Of a stretch of DNA of 64,000 nt, positions 51,374 through 61,132 are shown in pieces (within the stretch, counting starts at the first letter, position 1; each line of letters begins with the position of its first letter). Source of the stretch: Verrucomicrobia bacterium UBA6176 (GTDB lineage Bacteria; Verrucomicrobiota; Verrucomicrobiia; Limisphaerales; UBA9464); the NCBI GenBank assembly GCA_002422905.1, contig DITU01000107.1:134633-198632 (forward strand). Reading direction: 5' to 3'. The translations under genes and the position numbers were made by a program. Under the pieces are notes generated by a model. The model did not search any database, was not told where the DNA came from, and was given only the letters and a program-made list of their open reading frames with translations.

Positions 51374-51822
51374 CCACCTACGTTGACACAGCCCTTTTTG
51401 TGAAAGCCTTCGTACTGGAGGTGGATTCAGCGGAAGCCATCAAGCTGCTTGAGCGCATCGGCGAACCGTTCGCCTACTCCCATCTCCATGGGATCGAGGT
51501 TCCCAATGCCATTCGTCTGAAGCGCTTTCGTGGAGAAATCACACGGGCTCAAGAAGCGGCTGCGATCCGGATGTTCAAGGCCGATGTCGATGCCGGTCGA
51601 TTCGAGCGCATTTCCTATGATTTGTCTGCCGTGTTCATCCGTGCCGAGCAGCTTTCCGGGCGGTTCTCCGGCGTGATGGGAACCCGCAGTCTGGATCTGT
51701 GGCATGTCGCCGCCGCGCTGGAGGCCGGTTGTCAGGCATTTGCCTCGTGCGATTCCCGGCAACGAAAGGCGGCCGCAGAATGTGGACTTGAGCTGATCCC
51801 CGCAGTGGTTGGGATCGTGTAG
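51370..51822 (+). CDS. vapC: PIN-domain ribonuclease toxin (VapC-like)
   Basis: It has YVDTALFVKAF (first acidic residue), later acidic positions in GIEVPNA, SLDLWHVAAAL and ASCDSRQ, and is about 150 aa. Confidence 0.85.
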   Translation: MTTYVDTALFVKAFVLEVDSAEAIKLLERIGEPFAYSHLHGIEVPNAIRLKRFRGEITRAQEAAAIRMFKADVDAGRFERISYDLSAVFIRAEQLSGRFSGVMGTRSLDLWHVAAALEAGCQAFASCDSRQRKAAAECGLELIPAVVGIV

Positions 51823-52034
51823 ACAGTCCAAGTCCCGAAGGCGCGATGGAGTTCAGTCTTGTGACCTCGCCTTCGATGGGGGTGGAAGTCGACGTGAGGA
51901 GACTCCAATGCTTCGTCCCATCCTGGGGTGTAGGTGGGATCTCGGGGGCGGGGCAGGGGAGGATGGAGTCTCGTTACCTCGCCTACTACATTACTCGGCC
52001 CGCGTCCGGTGCGTGATGATATCCCAACCCCCGA

Positions 52035-53360
52035 TCATGGCGTGGCCTCTGCGGCGGTCTGGGCGGCGCGATAGATGTCCTTGAGCGGGACACCGGCCTG
52101 GGCGGCGATGGAGCGGCAAGATTCGTATTCGGGCGAGATCTGGACGATGCGGTCTCCCAGGCGTCCGAGTTTCACCTGCACCTTCCCGAACGGAGTGCCC
52201 ACCTCAATGACTTCGCGGCGCAGTTTGCATCGGTCGGCCTGGGTGCGGCGGATGCCGAAGGCGCTGGTCTCGGTCAGGAGGAATTCGGTGAGGCTGTCGG
52301 CGTCGGTGGGTTCGCACAGCACGGTAAGAAGGATGCCCGGCCGTTGCTTCTTCATCTGGACCGGCGTGTGGAAGGCGTCGAGGGCGCCCAGGCGCAACGC
52401 CTTCTCCAGGACATGGCCCAGGATCTCCGGGTTGAGATCGTCGATGTTGGTCTCCAGCACCGTCACGCGGTCGGTCTCCCATTCGGTTGCAGCGCTTGAT
52501 CCGGCCGCTTCCCACAGGATCGCGCGCAGCACGTTCGGACGGGTCCGGTGATCGCGCGTGCCGAGGCCGTATCCGACCCGGGCGCCGACCACGCCCTGCA
52601 TGGGGCCGAAGGATTCGGCGAACTCCGCGAGCAGGGCGGCGCCGGTGGGCGTGACCATTTCGTGGGTCTCTTCGCATTGGGTAATCGGGATGCCGCGCGC
52701 ACCCAGGATCTCGAGCGTGGCGGCGGCCGGAAGCGGGAAACGGCCATGGGCGCATCGGACAAAACCCGTACCCTCGACCATGGTGCCTGCCGTGACGCGG
52801 GGGCGGCCGAGGAGATCGAGTCCGATGCAGGCCCCGACGATGTCCACGATGGAATCGACGGCACCGACCTCGTGGAAATGGACGTGGTCGGGTGAGACCC
52901 CGTGGATCTTGCCTTCGGCGACGGCGATGCGTTGGAAGACGGAGAGGGCGCGGGACCGGACCCAGTCATTGAGCCCGCTGCCCTGGATCAGGGCACGGAT
53001 GGCGGCGTGATCCCGGGTGTGGGCGTGATCGTGATCGTGATCATGTCCGTGGTCGTGGCCATGCGTGTGTTCATGCGCGTGGCCGTGTTCCTGTTCATGC
53101 CCGTGGGAGTGCGTATGTCCATCTCCGTGCCCGTGGTCGTGGCCCGGTTCATTGCAGGGGGCGCCTTCGAGGTGGACATCGAACTTCACGCCCTGGATGG
53201 CGGACTTGAATCGGCGGGCGGTGTGAAGGTGATAACCTTGGACGGGAAGCAGGCGGAGTTGGCGTTCGAGTTCGCGGGGATCGACGCCGAGATCGATGAG
53301 GGCGCCGACGAACATGTCGCCGGAGGCGCCGGCGGAGGTATCGAAGTGGAGGGCTTTCAT
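52035..53360 (-). CDS. larC: Nickel-pincer cofactor biosynthesis protein LarC (nickel insertion, DUF111 family)
   Basis: The N-terminus is MKALHFDTSAGASGDMFVGALIDLG. It has a His-rich tract, then HFHEVGAVDSIVDIVG, TPTGAALL and LETNIDD. Confidence 0.9.
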   Translation of the reverse strand: MKALHFDTSAGASGDMFVGALIDLGVDPRELERQLRLLPVQGYHLHTARRFKSAIQGVKFDVHLEGAPCNEPGHDHGHGDGHTHSHGHEQEHGHAHEHTHGHDHGHDHDHDHAHTRDHAAIRALIQGSGLNDWVRSRALSVFQRIAVAEGKIHGVSPDHVHFHEVGAVDSIVDIVGACIGLDLLGRPRVTAGTMVEGTGFVRCAHGRFPLPAAATLEILGARGIPITQCEETHEMVTPTGAALLAEFAESFGPMQGVVGARVGYGLGTRDHRTRPNVLRAILWEAAGSSAATEWETDRVTVLETNIDDLNPEILGHVLEKALRLGALDAFHTPVQMKKQRPGILLTVLCEPTDADSLTEFLLTETSAFGIRRTQADRCKLRREVIEVGTPFGKVQVKLGRLGDRIVQISPEYESCRSIAAQAGVPLKDIYRAAQTAAEATP

Positions 53361-54133
53361 GAGGGGGAACGGGACCCGGATTCGTGGGCGAGGGTGTTGA
53401 TGGAGCTGGCGGCGTAACCGGCGCCGAAGCCGTTGTCGATGTTCACGACGGTGAGGCCGCTGGCGCAGGAATTGAGCATGCCGAGCAGGGCGGTGAGACC
53501 GTTGAAATGGGAGCCGTAACCCACGCTGGTGGGGACGCCGATGATCGGGCGTCCGACCAGTCCGCCAATGACGGAGGGCAGGGCGGCTTCCATGCCGGCG
53601 ACCACGATCACGACGGAAGCGTCCTGGAGATCGGGGAGGCGACGGAGCAGACGATGCAGGCCGGCGACCCCGACGTCGTAGATGCGTTGGACGTGGTTGC
53701 CCATGAAGTCGGCGGTGAGGGCGGCTTCCTCGGCGACGGGAAGATCGGTGGTGCCGGCGGCGACGACGGCGATGGTCCCGGGGCGTTTGGCAAGGGGAGC
53801 GTTTTCTACGGTGAGACAGCGGGCTGTAGTGTGATGGATGGCGTGGGGGAAACGGGCGAGGAGGGCGTCGGCATGGGCCTGGGTGACGCGGGTGGCGAGG
53901 ACGCGGGGATCGGCGGCAAGGATCCGTTCGGCGATGGCGACGAGCTGTTCGGGGGTCTTGCCGGCGCCGAAGATGACCTCGGGGAAACCCTTGCGAAGGG
54001 TGCGATGGGTGTCGACGACGGCGAAGCCGAGATCTGAAACGGGCGCCGCCTGGAAGGCGTGCAGGACCTGGTCGCGCGGAATCTCACCGCGTTGGAAGCG
54101 GTCGAGGAGCAGGGCGGCATCAGCAGGTGTCAT
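53357..54133 (-). CDS. larB: Nickel-pincer cofactor biosynthesis protein LarB (AIR-carboxylase-like)
   Basis: The motifs are GFPEVIFGAGKT, IAVVAAGTTDLPVAEEA, VIVVAGMEAALPSVIGGLV..IGVPTSVGYG and NIDNGFGAG. The stop overlaps the larC start (ATGA). Confidence 0.9.
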   Translation of the reverse strand: MTPADAALLLDRFQRGEIPRDQVLHAFQAAPVSDLGFAVVDTHRTLRKGFPEVIFGAGKTPEQLVAIAERILAADPRVLATRVTQAHADALLARFPHAIHHTTARCLTVENAPLAKRPGTIAVVAAGTTDLPVAEEAALTADFMGNHVQRIYDVGVAGLHRLLRRLPDLQDASVVIVVAGMEAALPSVIGGLVGRPIIGVPTSVGYGSHFNGLTALLGMLNSCASGLTVVNIDNGFGAGYAASSINTLAHESGSRSPS

Positions 54134-54146
54134 GTTGGGATTGATC

Positions 54147-55412
54147 CTATCGGTCTCCCAGGATCCGGGCTAGGCCGCGGTCGGAATCGCGGGGTGAAAC
54201 CAACGCAAGCGTCCGGTGGGGTGGGGTAAGGAAATCGCGTGCGACACGATGGATGGCGGCCGGGGTGACGGCGGCGATCCGGTCGCGGATGGTGACGGGC
54301 GGGGTGAAGGAATCGTGGTTCAGCCATTGTTCACCCAGCCACATCATGTGGTTCTCCGTGCTTTCAAGGCTGAGATCGAACTGGCCCAGGATGTAGTCGC
54401 GGGCGCGTCGGACTTCGGCCAACCCGGGCGGACGCGCGGCCAACCGGTCGAACTCACCGATGACCAGGCGCAGGGTCCGTTCCAGCTCGGAGGAATCGAG
54501 TCCGGCGGACACCACGATGTCGCCGGTATCGGCCCAGGTGGAGAGGCTGGACTGGATGTTGTAGGTGAGGCCGTGGGTCTCGCGGATCACTTGGAACAGG
54601 CGCGAACTCATGTTCTCGCCAAGGACAACATTCAGCAGGCGCAGGGCGTGACGCCGGGGATCATGTCGGGAGGCCGTGCGGACCCCGAGCCCGAGATGGG
54701 TCTGCTCGGTGGCCTTGGTGTGGAGCCGGACTCGGGGACCGGCGGGTGGACGGTCGAAGGGTTCAAACGCCGGTCGCGACCCGGACCGGAAGGCCGGGGC
54801 CAGTTCGGTCACGTAACGGAGGAGATCGGCATGGGCGATGTTGCCGGCGGCGGCGATGAGGGTGGCGCCGGTGGTGTAATGCGAACCCAGGTAAGAGATG
54901 AAGTCGGACCGGTGCAGACGCCGGAGGGACGCGCGGGTACCGATGACCGGCCGACCAAGGGGATGTTCGGGGAACTGGGCTTCGTTGAGGAGATCGTGGA
55001 CCAGTTCACCGGGTTGATCCCGGTACATGGCGAGTTCCTCCAGGATGACGGCGCGTTCCTTCCGGATCTCATCGGGATCGAGTCGGGAGTTGAGGAACAT
55101 GTCGGCGAGGACATCGAGAAGTCCGGGCCATCGGTCGCCGTGGGCCCGGGCATAGAAGCAGGTGTGTTCCTCGTCGGTGAAGGCATTGAGATAACCGCCG
55201 ATCCCTTCCACCGCCTCGGAGATGCGGGCGGCGGAACGTCGTTTGGTGCCCTTGAAAAGCAGGTGCTCGATGAAGTGCGAGATTCCGTTGAGGCGCGCGG
55301 GTTCGTGGCGGCCACCGACGCCGACCCAGATTCCGATGGCGACGGAGGCCATGTGGGGCATTTCGGCGGTGACGACGCGGAGGCCATTGGGCAGGAGGGT
55401 TTCGTGATGCAT
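54147..55412 (-). CDS. M16-family (pitrilysin/insulinase-like) zinc peptidase
   Basis: It has GISHFIEHLLFKGT (the inverted HxxEH zinc motif) with the downstream Glu region VILEE. Confidence 0.9.
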   Translation of the reverse strand: MHHETLLPNGLRVVTAEMPHMASVAIGIWVGVGGRHEPARLNGISHFIEHLLFKGTKRRSAARISEAVEGIGGYLNAFTDEEHTCFYARAHGDRWPGLLDVLADMFLNSRLDPDEIRKERAVILEELAMYRDQPGELVHDLLNEAQFPEHPLGRPVIGTRASLRRLHRSDFISYLGSHYTTGATLIAAAGNIAHADLLRYVTELAPAFRSGSRPAFEPFDRPPAGPRVRLHTKATEQTHLGLGVRTASRHDPRRHALRLLNVVLGENMSSRLFQVIRETHGLTYNIQSSLSTWADTGDIVVSAGLDSSELERTLRLVIGEFDRLAARPPGLAEVRRARDYILGQFDLSLESTENHMMWLGEQWLNHDSFTPPVTIRDRIAAVTPAAIHRVARDFLTPPHRTLALVSPRDSDRGLARILGDR

Positions 55413-55452
55413 TCAGCGGGGGGGAACGGGCGGGTCGAAGGGGTGGCCGGGA

Positions 55453-56613
55453 TCAGCGACGGTTCCGGGCAGGGCGGACGACGGGAGGTTGGGCGAGGGT
55501 GGGAACAAGACGACGATGGGCGGCGGTGAGGGCGAGTGCAGCCAGTTCGGCGGAATTGACCCAGAGCAGATCGCCGGCGGGCAGGGTGGGTCCGGGCGGG
55601 GCGACGGTCTTGAACAGGTGCTGGGTGAAGCGGTAACGGGTGATGGAATGGTGCAGGGTTCCGGCGGGAACAAGGGCGTCGGGGGGAAGCCGCAACCAGG
55701 TCACCAACGCCGACGCGGGATCCTGATTCGGACTGCATTCGATGTTGGGGAACTCCCAGAAGCCGCCGTTGACAGCATCGTCGGGGCGGCGTCGGACCAG
55801 CCATCGGCCGCGATCATTCCAGAGGAGGGTGGCGAGGGTGCGCCGGGTGATGACCGGGCGGGCGGGCAGTTCAGGGAACCGGGCGATTTCTCCGGATTGT
55901 CGGGCCAGGCAATGGGAGGCGACGGGGCATTCGGGACAACGCGGATTGCGCGGCGTGCAGACGGTGGCGCCGAGTTCCATGAGGGCCTGGTTGAGCTGGG
56001 AACAGGATCCGGCCAGACGCAGGGGGGCGCGGGGTTTCGGAACCTGACGCACCGGGATGGAATCGGCGGCGACGACGAGATCGGTGGCGAGATTCCACAG
56101 GCGGTTGTTCAGGTCCTTGCTGCGGGGATCACCGGCCAAGGCGTGAAGACGGGTGAGGACGCGGATGACATTGCCGTCGAGGATGGGTGCGGGTTCGTTG
56201 AACGCGGTGGAGGCGATGGCGCCGGCGGTGTAACGGCCGATGCCGGGAAGATCGACGAGTTCGGCGGCGGTGCGTGGGAATTCCCCGTGGGCACTGGCGA
56301 GGATCTGGCGGGCGGCTTCCTGGAGATGGCGGGCGCGCGAATAATAGCCGAGCCCTTCCCAGAGCTTGAGGACGTCGTCGGTGGCGGCTGCGGCCAGGTT
56401 GGCGATGTCTGGAAACGCCTTCATCCAACGTTCCCAATACGGGATCACGGTGGCCACCTGGGTCTGTTGCAACATGATCTCCGCCACCCACAACGCGTAG
56501 GGATCCGTGGTGTGGCGCCAGGGAAGATCACGGGCTTCCCGGGCGAACCAATGCAGCAACGGCCCGACCAATGGATCGGGATCCGGCCGTGGCCTGGGAA
56601 GGGATCGCTTCAT
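55453..56613 (-). CDS. mutY: A/G-specific adenine DNA glycosylase
   Basis: The motifs are LPWRHTTDPYALWVAEIMLQQTQV, GLGYYSRAR, LPGIGRYTAGAI and a 4Fe-4S Cys cluster (CTPRNPRCPECPVASHC), plus a C-terminal NUDIX-like domain. Confidence 0.9.
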   Translation of the reverse strand: MKRSLPRPRPDPDPLVGPLLHWFAREARDLPWRHTTDPYALWVAEIMLQQTQVATVIPYWERWMKAFPDIANLAAAATDDVLKLWEGLGYYSRARHLQEAARQILASAHGEFPRTAAELVDLPGIGRYTAGAIASTAFNEPAPILDGNVIRVLTRLHALAGDPRSKDLNNRLWNLATDLVVAADSIPVRQVPKPRAPLRLAGSCSQLNQALMELGATVCTPRNPRCPECPVASHCLARQSGEIARFPELPARPVITRRTLATLLWNDRGRWLVRRRPDDAVNGGFWEFPNIECSPNQDPASALVTWLRLPPDALVPAGTLHHSITRYRFTQHLFKTVAPPGPTLPAGDLLWVNSAELAALALTAAHRRLVPTLAQPPVVRPARNRR

Positions 56614-56647
56614 GGCGATGGACGCGAGGACCGAGTGCGGCGTGAGT

Positions 56648-57748
56648 TCAACGCCCGATCACCTCGGGGAATGGCTTGGCGGCCTTGGGCGAGGCGGCGT
56701 TGAAATCCTTGCCAAAGAACCCGGCGACCGTGGCGGCGATCTGCGCCTGGAGGACCAGGGGGGTGTCGCTGCGTTCACCCAGCGGGGCGGTGTCGGGCCC
56801 GATCACCGCGAACCAGAGCCAGGCGGAATCGGCGATCTCGCGACCGTGACTTTTCCAGGCGATGGGAGCGGGGCCACGACCGTGGTCGGTGGAGATGAGG
56901 AAGGTGGTGGAATCGCGGTACTCGGGCATGGACTGGCAGAGTTGCCAGAGGCTGGAGAGGAAGCGGTCGAACTGGTGGGCGGACCACAGGTAACGGGCAT
57001 AGGCACCGTCATGGGCCCAGTCATCGGTCTCACCGAGCGAGACGTAGAGGGCGCGGGGTTTGAACTCGCGGACGGCATGTCGCGCGGCGTAGCCGGTGAA
57101 GGTGTCGAGCAGGACCGAGGACCAGATGGTGTGGCTGTAGTCGGTCATCTCGTTGAGGGCTTCGGGAACGGGCAGGCGACGGGTGCCCTGAGGGACATCG
57201 AAGGCGCTCCAGACGGGGAACCCGGCGCGCGGTGCGTTCAGGATCCAGGGGAGGACATCCCAGTTGACGGTGGCGGCGACGCGGCCGTTGAAGCCGGGTT
57301 GGCCATGGAGCCATTCAAAGACGTTGGTGTTGACGTTGAGGTTCTTGTCGTTCGAATCGATGGCCGGATCAGGGAAGCCGGTGAGGAACTCGTTGTAGCC
57401 GGGATAGGAGAAGTGCCGGGAATTGCCGAGGCGGACCGAACTGTTCTTGTCGCGGTTCCCCCAGAGTTGGCCCTGTTTGCCAACGGTGCCCCAGAGGAAG
57501 GGGAACAGCGCGGCCCGGCTTTCTTCCGGGGTGTCGCGCAGGAACTGGGCGCGCAGGGCGTTGGTATCGGAGACATTGCCGTACTGGCGGTTGACCAGTT
57601 CCAGATCGATTCCGCGGAAGATCTCCTCCCAACGGAGACCGTCGGTGGTGATGAGGATGACGTTGCGCGTCTTGAGTCCGGACTGCGCGAGGGCGGTCGG
57701 GGCGGTGACGACGGCGAGCAGCAGGAACAGGCGCCAGAGGGATTTCAT
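56648..57748 (-). CDS. Secreted alkaline-phosphatase-superfamily metalloenzyme (phosphodiesterase/NPP-like)
   Basis: The ATG is at 57748, giving the signal peptide MKSLWRLFLLLAVVTAPTALA. The sequence VILITTDGLRWEE is the typical metal-ligand Asp/nucleophile context, followed later by LGETDDWAH and STDHG. Confidence 0.7.
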   Translation of the reverse strand: MKSLWRLFLLLAVVTAPTALAQSGLKTRNVILITTDGLRWEEIFRGIDLELVNRQYGNVSDTNALRAQFLRDTPEESRAALFPFLWGTVGKQGQLWGNRDKNSSVRLGNSRHFSYPGYNEFLTGFPDPAIDSNDKNLNVNTNVFEWLHGQPGFNGRVAATVNWDVLPWILNAPRAGFPVWSAFDVPQGTRRLPVPEALNEMTDYSHTIWSSVLLDTFTGYAARHAVREFKPRALYVSLGETDDWAHDGAYARYLWSAHQFDRFLSSLWQLCQSMPEYRDSTTFLISTDHGRGPAPIAWKSHGREIADSAWLWFAVIGPDTAPLGERSDTPLVLQAQIAATVAGFFGKDFNAASPKAAKPFPEVIGR

Positions 57749-57756
57749 GAGGGGAA

Positions 57757-60303
57757 CTAGGATTCGCGACGCAGGATTTCGAGAGGGGGATGGGAACTGA
57801 TTCCGCGGCTGGCGGCGAGCCCGACGATGACGGTGAGGAGTGGGACGGCGGCGAGGGTGAGGAGGAGGTCGGCGGGCGGGATGTGGAAGGGGATGTTGAA
57901 GAGGAAATGGGCGAGGGCCCAACCGGAGCCGAGGGCGAGCAGGGATCCGGTGAGGGCGGCGAGCAGGCCGAGACCGGCGTATTCGGCGATGAGGATGCGC
58001 CGGATCTGGGCCTGGGAAGCGCCGAGGGTGCGGAGCAGGATGGCTTCCTGCATCCGTTGCCAGCGACCGGTGACGACGGCGCCGGCGAGCACGATGATGC
58101 CGGTGCCGATGGTGAAGAGGGCCATGAACCGGATCGCGAGGGAGATCTTGGAGATCACGCCTTCCACCGTGGAAAGGACGAGGGTGAGGTCGATGACCGA
58201 CACGTTGGGGAATTCGCGGACGATCTCACGCTGGAGGGTGGCGGACTCGGTGGCGTTGGAGATGGAGGTGGCCAGGATGTGCATCGATGGCGCGGCTTCG
58301 AGTGCGCCTTCGGGAAACACCACGAAGAAGTTGGGTCGCACCTGTCGCCATTCCACCTCACGGATCGAACCCACCACGCAATCCAGGGGCACACCCTGGA
58401 CATCGAAGGTCAACCGGTCGCCGAGATCGATGCCGAGATCGTCCGCGATGCCGGATTCAACCGAGACCGGGATGGGAGTGGTGTCGGGAGTGACCTGGGG
58501 CGAGAGGGTGCCGCGCAGGAGACGTTCGGATTCGACGAGATTGCTGCGCCAGGTGGAACGGTATTCGCGGCGCAATACCCAGCCCGGGACACCGTCGTTG
58601 GAGTTGGTCAGCCATTCCGATACCGGCCGATCCTTCAGGCTCGCCAACCGCATGGTGACGATCGGGGCGCCATCCAGGAGCGGGAGGTTGAGGCGTTGGA
58701 GGATGCTGCCCACGCCGTCGACCTGGTCGGATTGGACATCGAAGAGGATGGCGTTGGCGCGCTTTTCACCGGGTGGTGTGGACAGGGATTGAAGGAGGGA
58801 AGCGCGGGTGAGTTGGAGGGACAGGATGAGGAACGTGCCGAGCCCAAGCGACACGAGGAGTGTGCCAGTCCGGTTCTGGGGGCGATGCAGGCTGGCGAGA
58901 CCCTGGCGCCAGGCGAACGGGAGCCAGGCCGGAACCAGGCGACGGCTGAGGATCACCAGGAGACGCGCGGCACCCGTCAGCAGCAGGAAGGCGGCGGCAA
59001 GACCCCCGGCGAATCCGAGTCCGTGCCGCACCTCACGGGTCTGGAGCAGGGCGAAGGTGACGACGGCCCCGGCTATCGCCGCAATGACCATCCAACGGGC
59101 CGGGTCACGCGCGGAGCGTTTGGTATCGAAGGCGACCCGGATGGCGGCCAAGGGCGAGACGCGTCGGACTTCCAACAGCGGCAGCAGCGCGAAGGTGGAC
59201 GAGACCACCAAACCGGCCACGGCAGCCTGGACAGCGGCGGACAGGGAGAATCGGACGTCGATGGGAAACGGGATGAGGGAGGCGAAGGCGGCGGGCACAG
59301 CGCGTTGGACCAGGGCGCCCAGCAGGATGCCGGTGATGACACCGACGGCACCGAGTGCGACCGCCTGGATGAGATAGACGGCGAAGGTGGCAGCCATGGG
59401 GGCGCCGAGGCAGCGCAGGACGGCGACCTGGGGCAGGCGTTGGCGGACATGGACCTGGACGGCGCTGGCCACGCCGACCGCACCGAGGAGCAGGGCGATG
59501 AAGGCGACCAGATTGAGGAAGCCGTTCAAATTGGAGGCAGCGCGACCCAGGTTCTCCCGCCGCTTTTCCGCCGTATCGATGTCGAGGCGCAGCTCCTTGA
59601 GGGGATCGCTGAGTTCGTCGATGAGTTGCTTGCCCGCCGGATCGTCCGGCAACCGGAACAGGGAACGGTATCGGACCAGCGATCCGCGCCCGAGCAGTTC
59701 CGTGGAGTCGAGTCGGTCGAACGCCATGTAGACCCGGGGTGCCAAGGTGGCGAACGCGAAGGAATCGCCAGGCACACTGCGCAGGAGTCCGACGATGCGT
59801 GTGTTCCATTCGCCGAGTTTCACCGGGTCGCCGACCTGGGCATTGAACTGGCGGGCCACTCCTTCCTCAACCAGGAGACCTTCGCCGTTGCGGAAGGCTT
59901 CAACCGAGGAAGGGGGATCGGCCTCGAACGAGCCGTACCAGGGAAAGGGACCGCGCAGGGCGCGGACATTGATGAGACGGGTGCCACCGGCCTCGGGGAA
60001 CGAGAGCATGGAAGCAAAACTGATTTCATCGCTGCGCTCCGTGCCGAGGCGTTGGAGCAGGGCTTCTTCCGGTTCACCAAACGGTTGACGGGAACTGACG
60101 ACGATGTCGGCGCCGAGCAGGGCCTTGGATTGCTGGTCGACGGCGCGTTGGAGGGATTGTCCGAGGGATCCCACGGCCACCAGCGCGGCGATGCCGAGCG
60201 AGATGCTCAGGGAATAGAGGAAGAGCCGGCGGCGAGAGGAACGCGAATCCCGCCACGCCAGCCGCCAGGTCCAGGGCTGGAGCAGGGCTTGGTACAGGTT
60301 CAT
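57757..60303 (-). CDS. ABC transporter permease, FtsX-family, duplicated (YbbP-like)
   Basis: It is about 848 aa with two FtsX-type 4-TM bundles separated by large extracytoplasmic loops. The N-terminus is WRLAWRDSRSSRRRLFLYSLSISLGIAALVAV. Confidence 0.85.
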   Translation of the reverse strand: MNLYQALLQPWTWRLAWRDSRSSRRRLFLYSLSISLGIAALVAVGSLGQSLQRAVDQQSKALLGADIVVSSRQPFGEPEEALLQRLGTERSDEISFASMLSFPEAGGTRLINVRALRGPFPWYGSFEADPPSSVEAFRNGEGLLVEEGVARQFNAQVGDPVKLGEWNTRIVGLLRSVPGDSFAFATLAPRVYMAFDRLDSTELLGRGSLVRYRSLFRLPDDPAGKQLIDELSDPLKELRLDIDTAEKRRENLGRAASNLNGFLNLVAFIALLLGAVGVASAVQVHVRQRLPQVAVLRCLGAPMAATFAVYLIQAVALGAVGVITGILLGALVQRAVPAAFASLIPFPIDVRFSLSAAVQAAVAGLVVSSTFALLPLLEVRRVSPLAAIRVAFDTKRSARDPARWMVIAAIAGAVVTFALLQTREVRHGLGFAGGLAAAFLLLTGAARLLVILSRRLVPAWLPFAWRQGLASLHRPQNRTGTLLVSLGLGTFLILSLQLTRASLLQSLSTPPGEKRANAILFDVQSDQVDGVGSILQRLNLPLLDGAPIVTMRLASLKDRPVSEWLTNSNDGVPGWVLRREYRSTWRSNLVESERLLRGTLSPQVTPDTTPIPVSVESGIADDLGIDLGDRLTFDVQGVPLDCVVGSIREVEWRQVRPNFFVVFPEGALEAAPSMHILATSISNATESATLQREIVREFPNVSVIDLTLVLSTVEGVISKISLAIRFMALFTIGTGIIVLAGAVVTGRWQRMQEAILLRTLGASQAQIRRILIAEYAGLGLLAALTGSLLALGSGWALAHFLFNIPFHIPPADLLLTLAAVPLLTVIVGLAASRGISSHPPLEILRRES

Positions 60304-61019
60304 GGCTGGACGCGTCGACCGTTGCGGAGTCGGAGCACCTGCTGACAGCGGGCGGCGAGGTCCGGGTCGTGGGTCACCAGGACCAACGCCGTGCCGGCAT
60401 CGCGATTGAGTTCAAAAAGCATGTCGACGATGAGCCGGGCGGTGTCGCCGTCGAGGTTCCCCGTGGGTTCATCGGCGAAGAGGAGTTGCGGACGGTTGAT
60501 GAAGGCGCGGGCGATGGCGACGCGCTGCTGTTCGCCGCCGGAAAGTTGGATGGGATAATGATCGAGCCGTTCTCCCAGGCCGACGCGCTTGAGCAATCCG
60601 ACGGCCGCCTCGCGATCCGGGGTGGTCCCGCGCAGTTCGAGCGGCACGAGGACGTTCTCGATGGCGGTGAGGGTCGGGAGCAATTGGAAGTTCTGGAAGA
60701 CGAAGCCGACGTGCCGGTTGCGGATCCGTGCCCGGGCATCTTCGTCGAGCGGCCCAAGATCTTCACCCGCCAACCGCACTGAACCCGAGGTGGCGGTGTC
60801 GAGTCCGGCCGCGAGCCCCAGCAGGGTGGTCTTGCCGGAACCCGACGGACCCACGACGGCGCAGGTCTCGCCCGGCAGAACCGCGAGCGACACCTCATGA
60901 AGCACGGTCAGGTCATGAGTGCCGCTCCGGTAAACCTTCGTGAGGTTGTCGACGGCAAGGAGTGGTTGCACCCCCGGTCTGTTCCATGCGTGCCGGGTCG
61001 AGTCAAGGCGCCGGGTCAA
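60300..61019 (-). CDS. ABC transporter ATP-binding protein (YbbA/LolD-like)
   Basis: It has Walker A ([11 protein letters not shown]), the signature [14 protein letters not shown] and Walker B ([12 protein letters not shown]). The track start at 61019 is a TTG; a GTG at 60971 ([10 protein letters not shown]) is an equally good start. Confidence 0.9.
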   Translation of the reverse strand: MTRRLDSTRHAWNRPGVQPLLAVDNLTKVYRSGTHDLTVLHEVSLAVLPGETCAVVGPSGSGKTTLLGLAAGLDTATSGSVRLAGEDLGPLDEDARARIRNRHVGFVFQNFQLLPTLTAIENVLVPLELRGTTPDREAAVGLLKRVGLGERLDHYPIQLSGGEQQRVAIARAFINRPQLLFADEPTGNLDGDTARLIVDMLFELNRDAGTALVLVTHDPDLAARCQQVLRLRNGRRVQP

Positions 61020-61132
61020 ATGGGGGGGAGAATCCCCACCGGTCTATCCCGCACCATGCACCCGGGTGAGCGCCGGAATCCCTTCGTGTGAGACCCTTCT
61101 CCGCCGGGCCTGCGCCCCAGCGACCCGCCTTC

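Noticed and set aside
46561-51830. A classical tRNA-associated genomic island beginning at tRNA-Leu.
   Set aside because: No integrase or recombinase is present, and I could find no direct repeat of the tRNA 3' end. The core gene purF separates the tRNA from the accessory-looking genes. I report it only as a loose accessory islet.
51823-52034. The spacer between vapC and larC, checked for a tRNA, an sRNA or another copy of the palindromic element.
   Set aside because: There is no cloverleaf, no CACAGAGGA-type arms, and only short imperfect inverted repeats. Nothing here is supportable.
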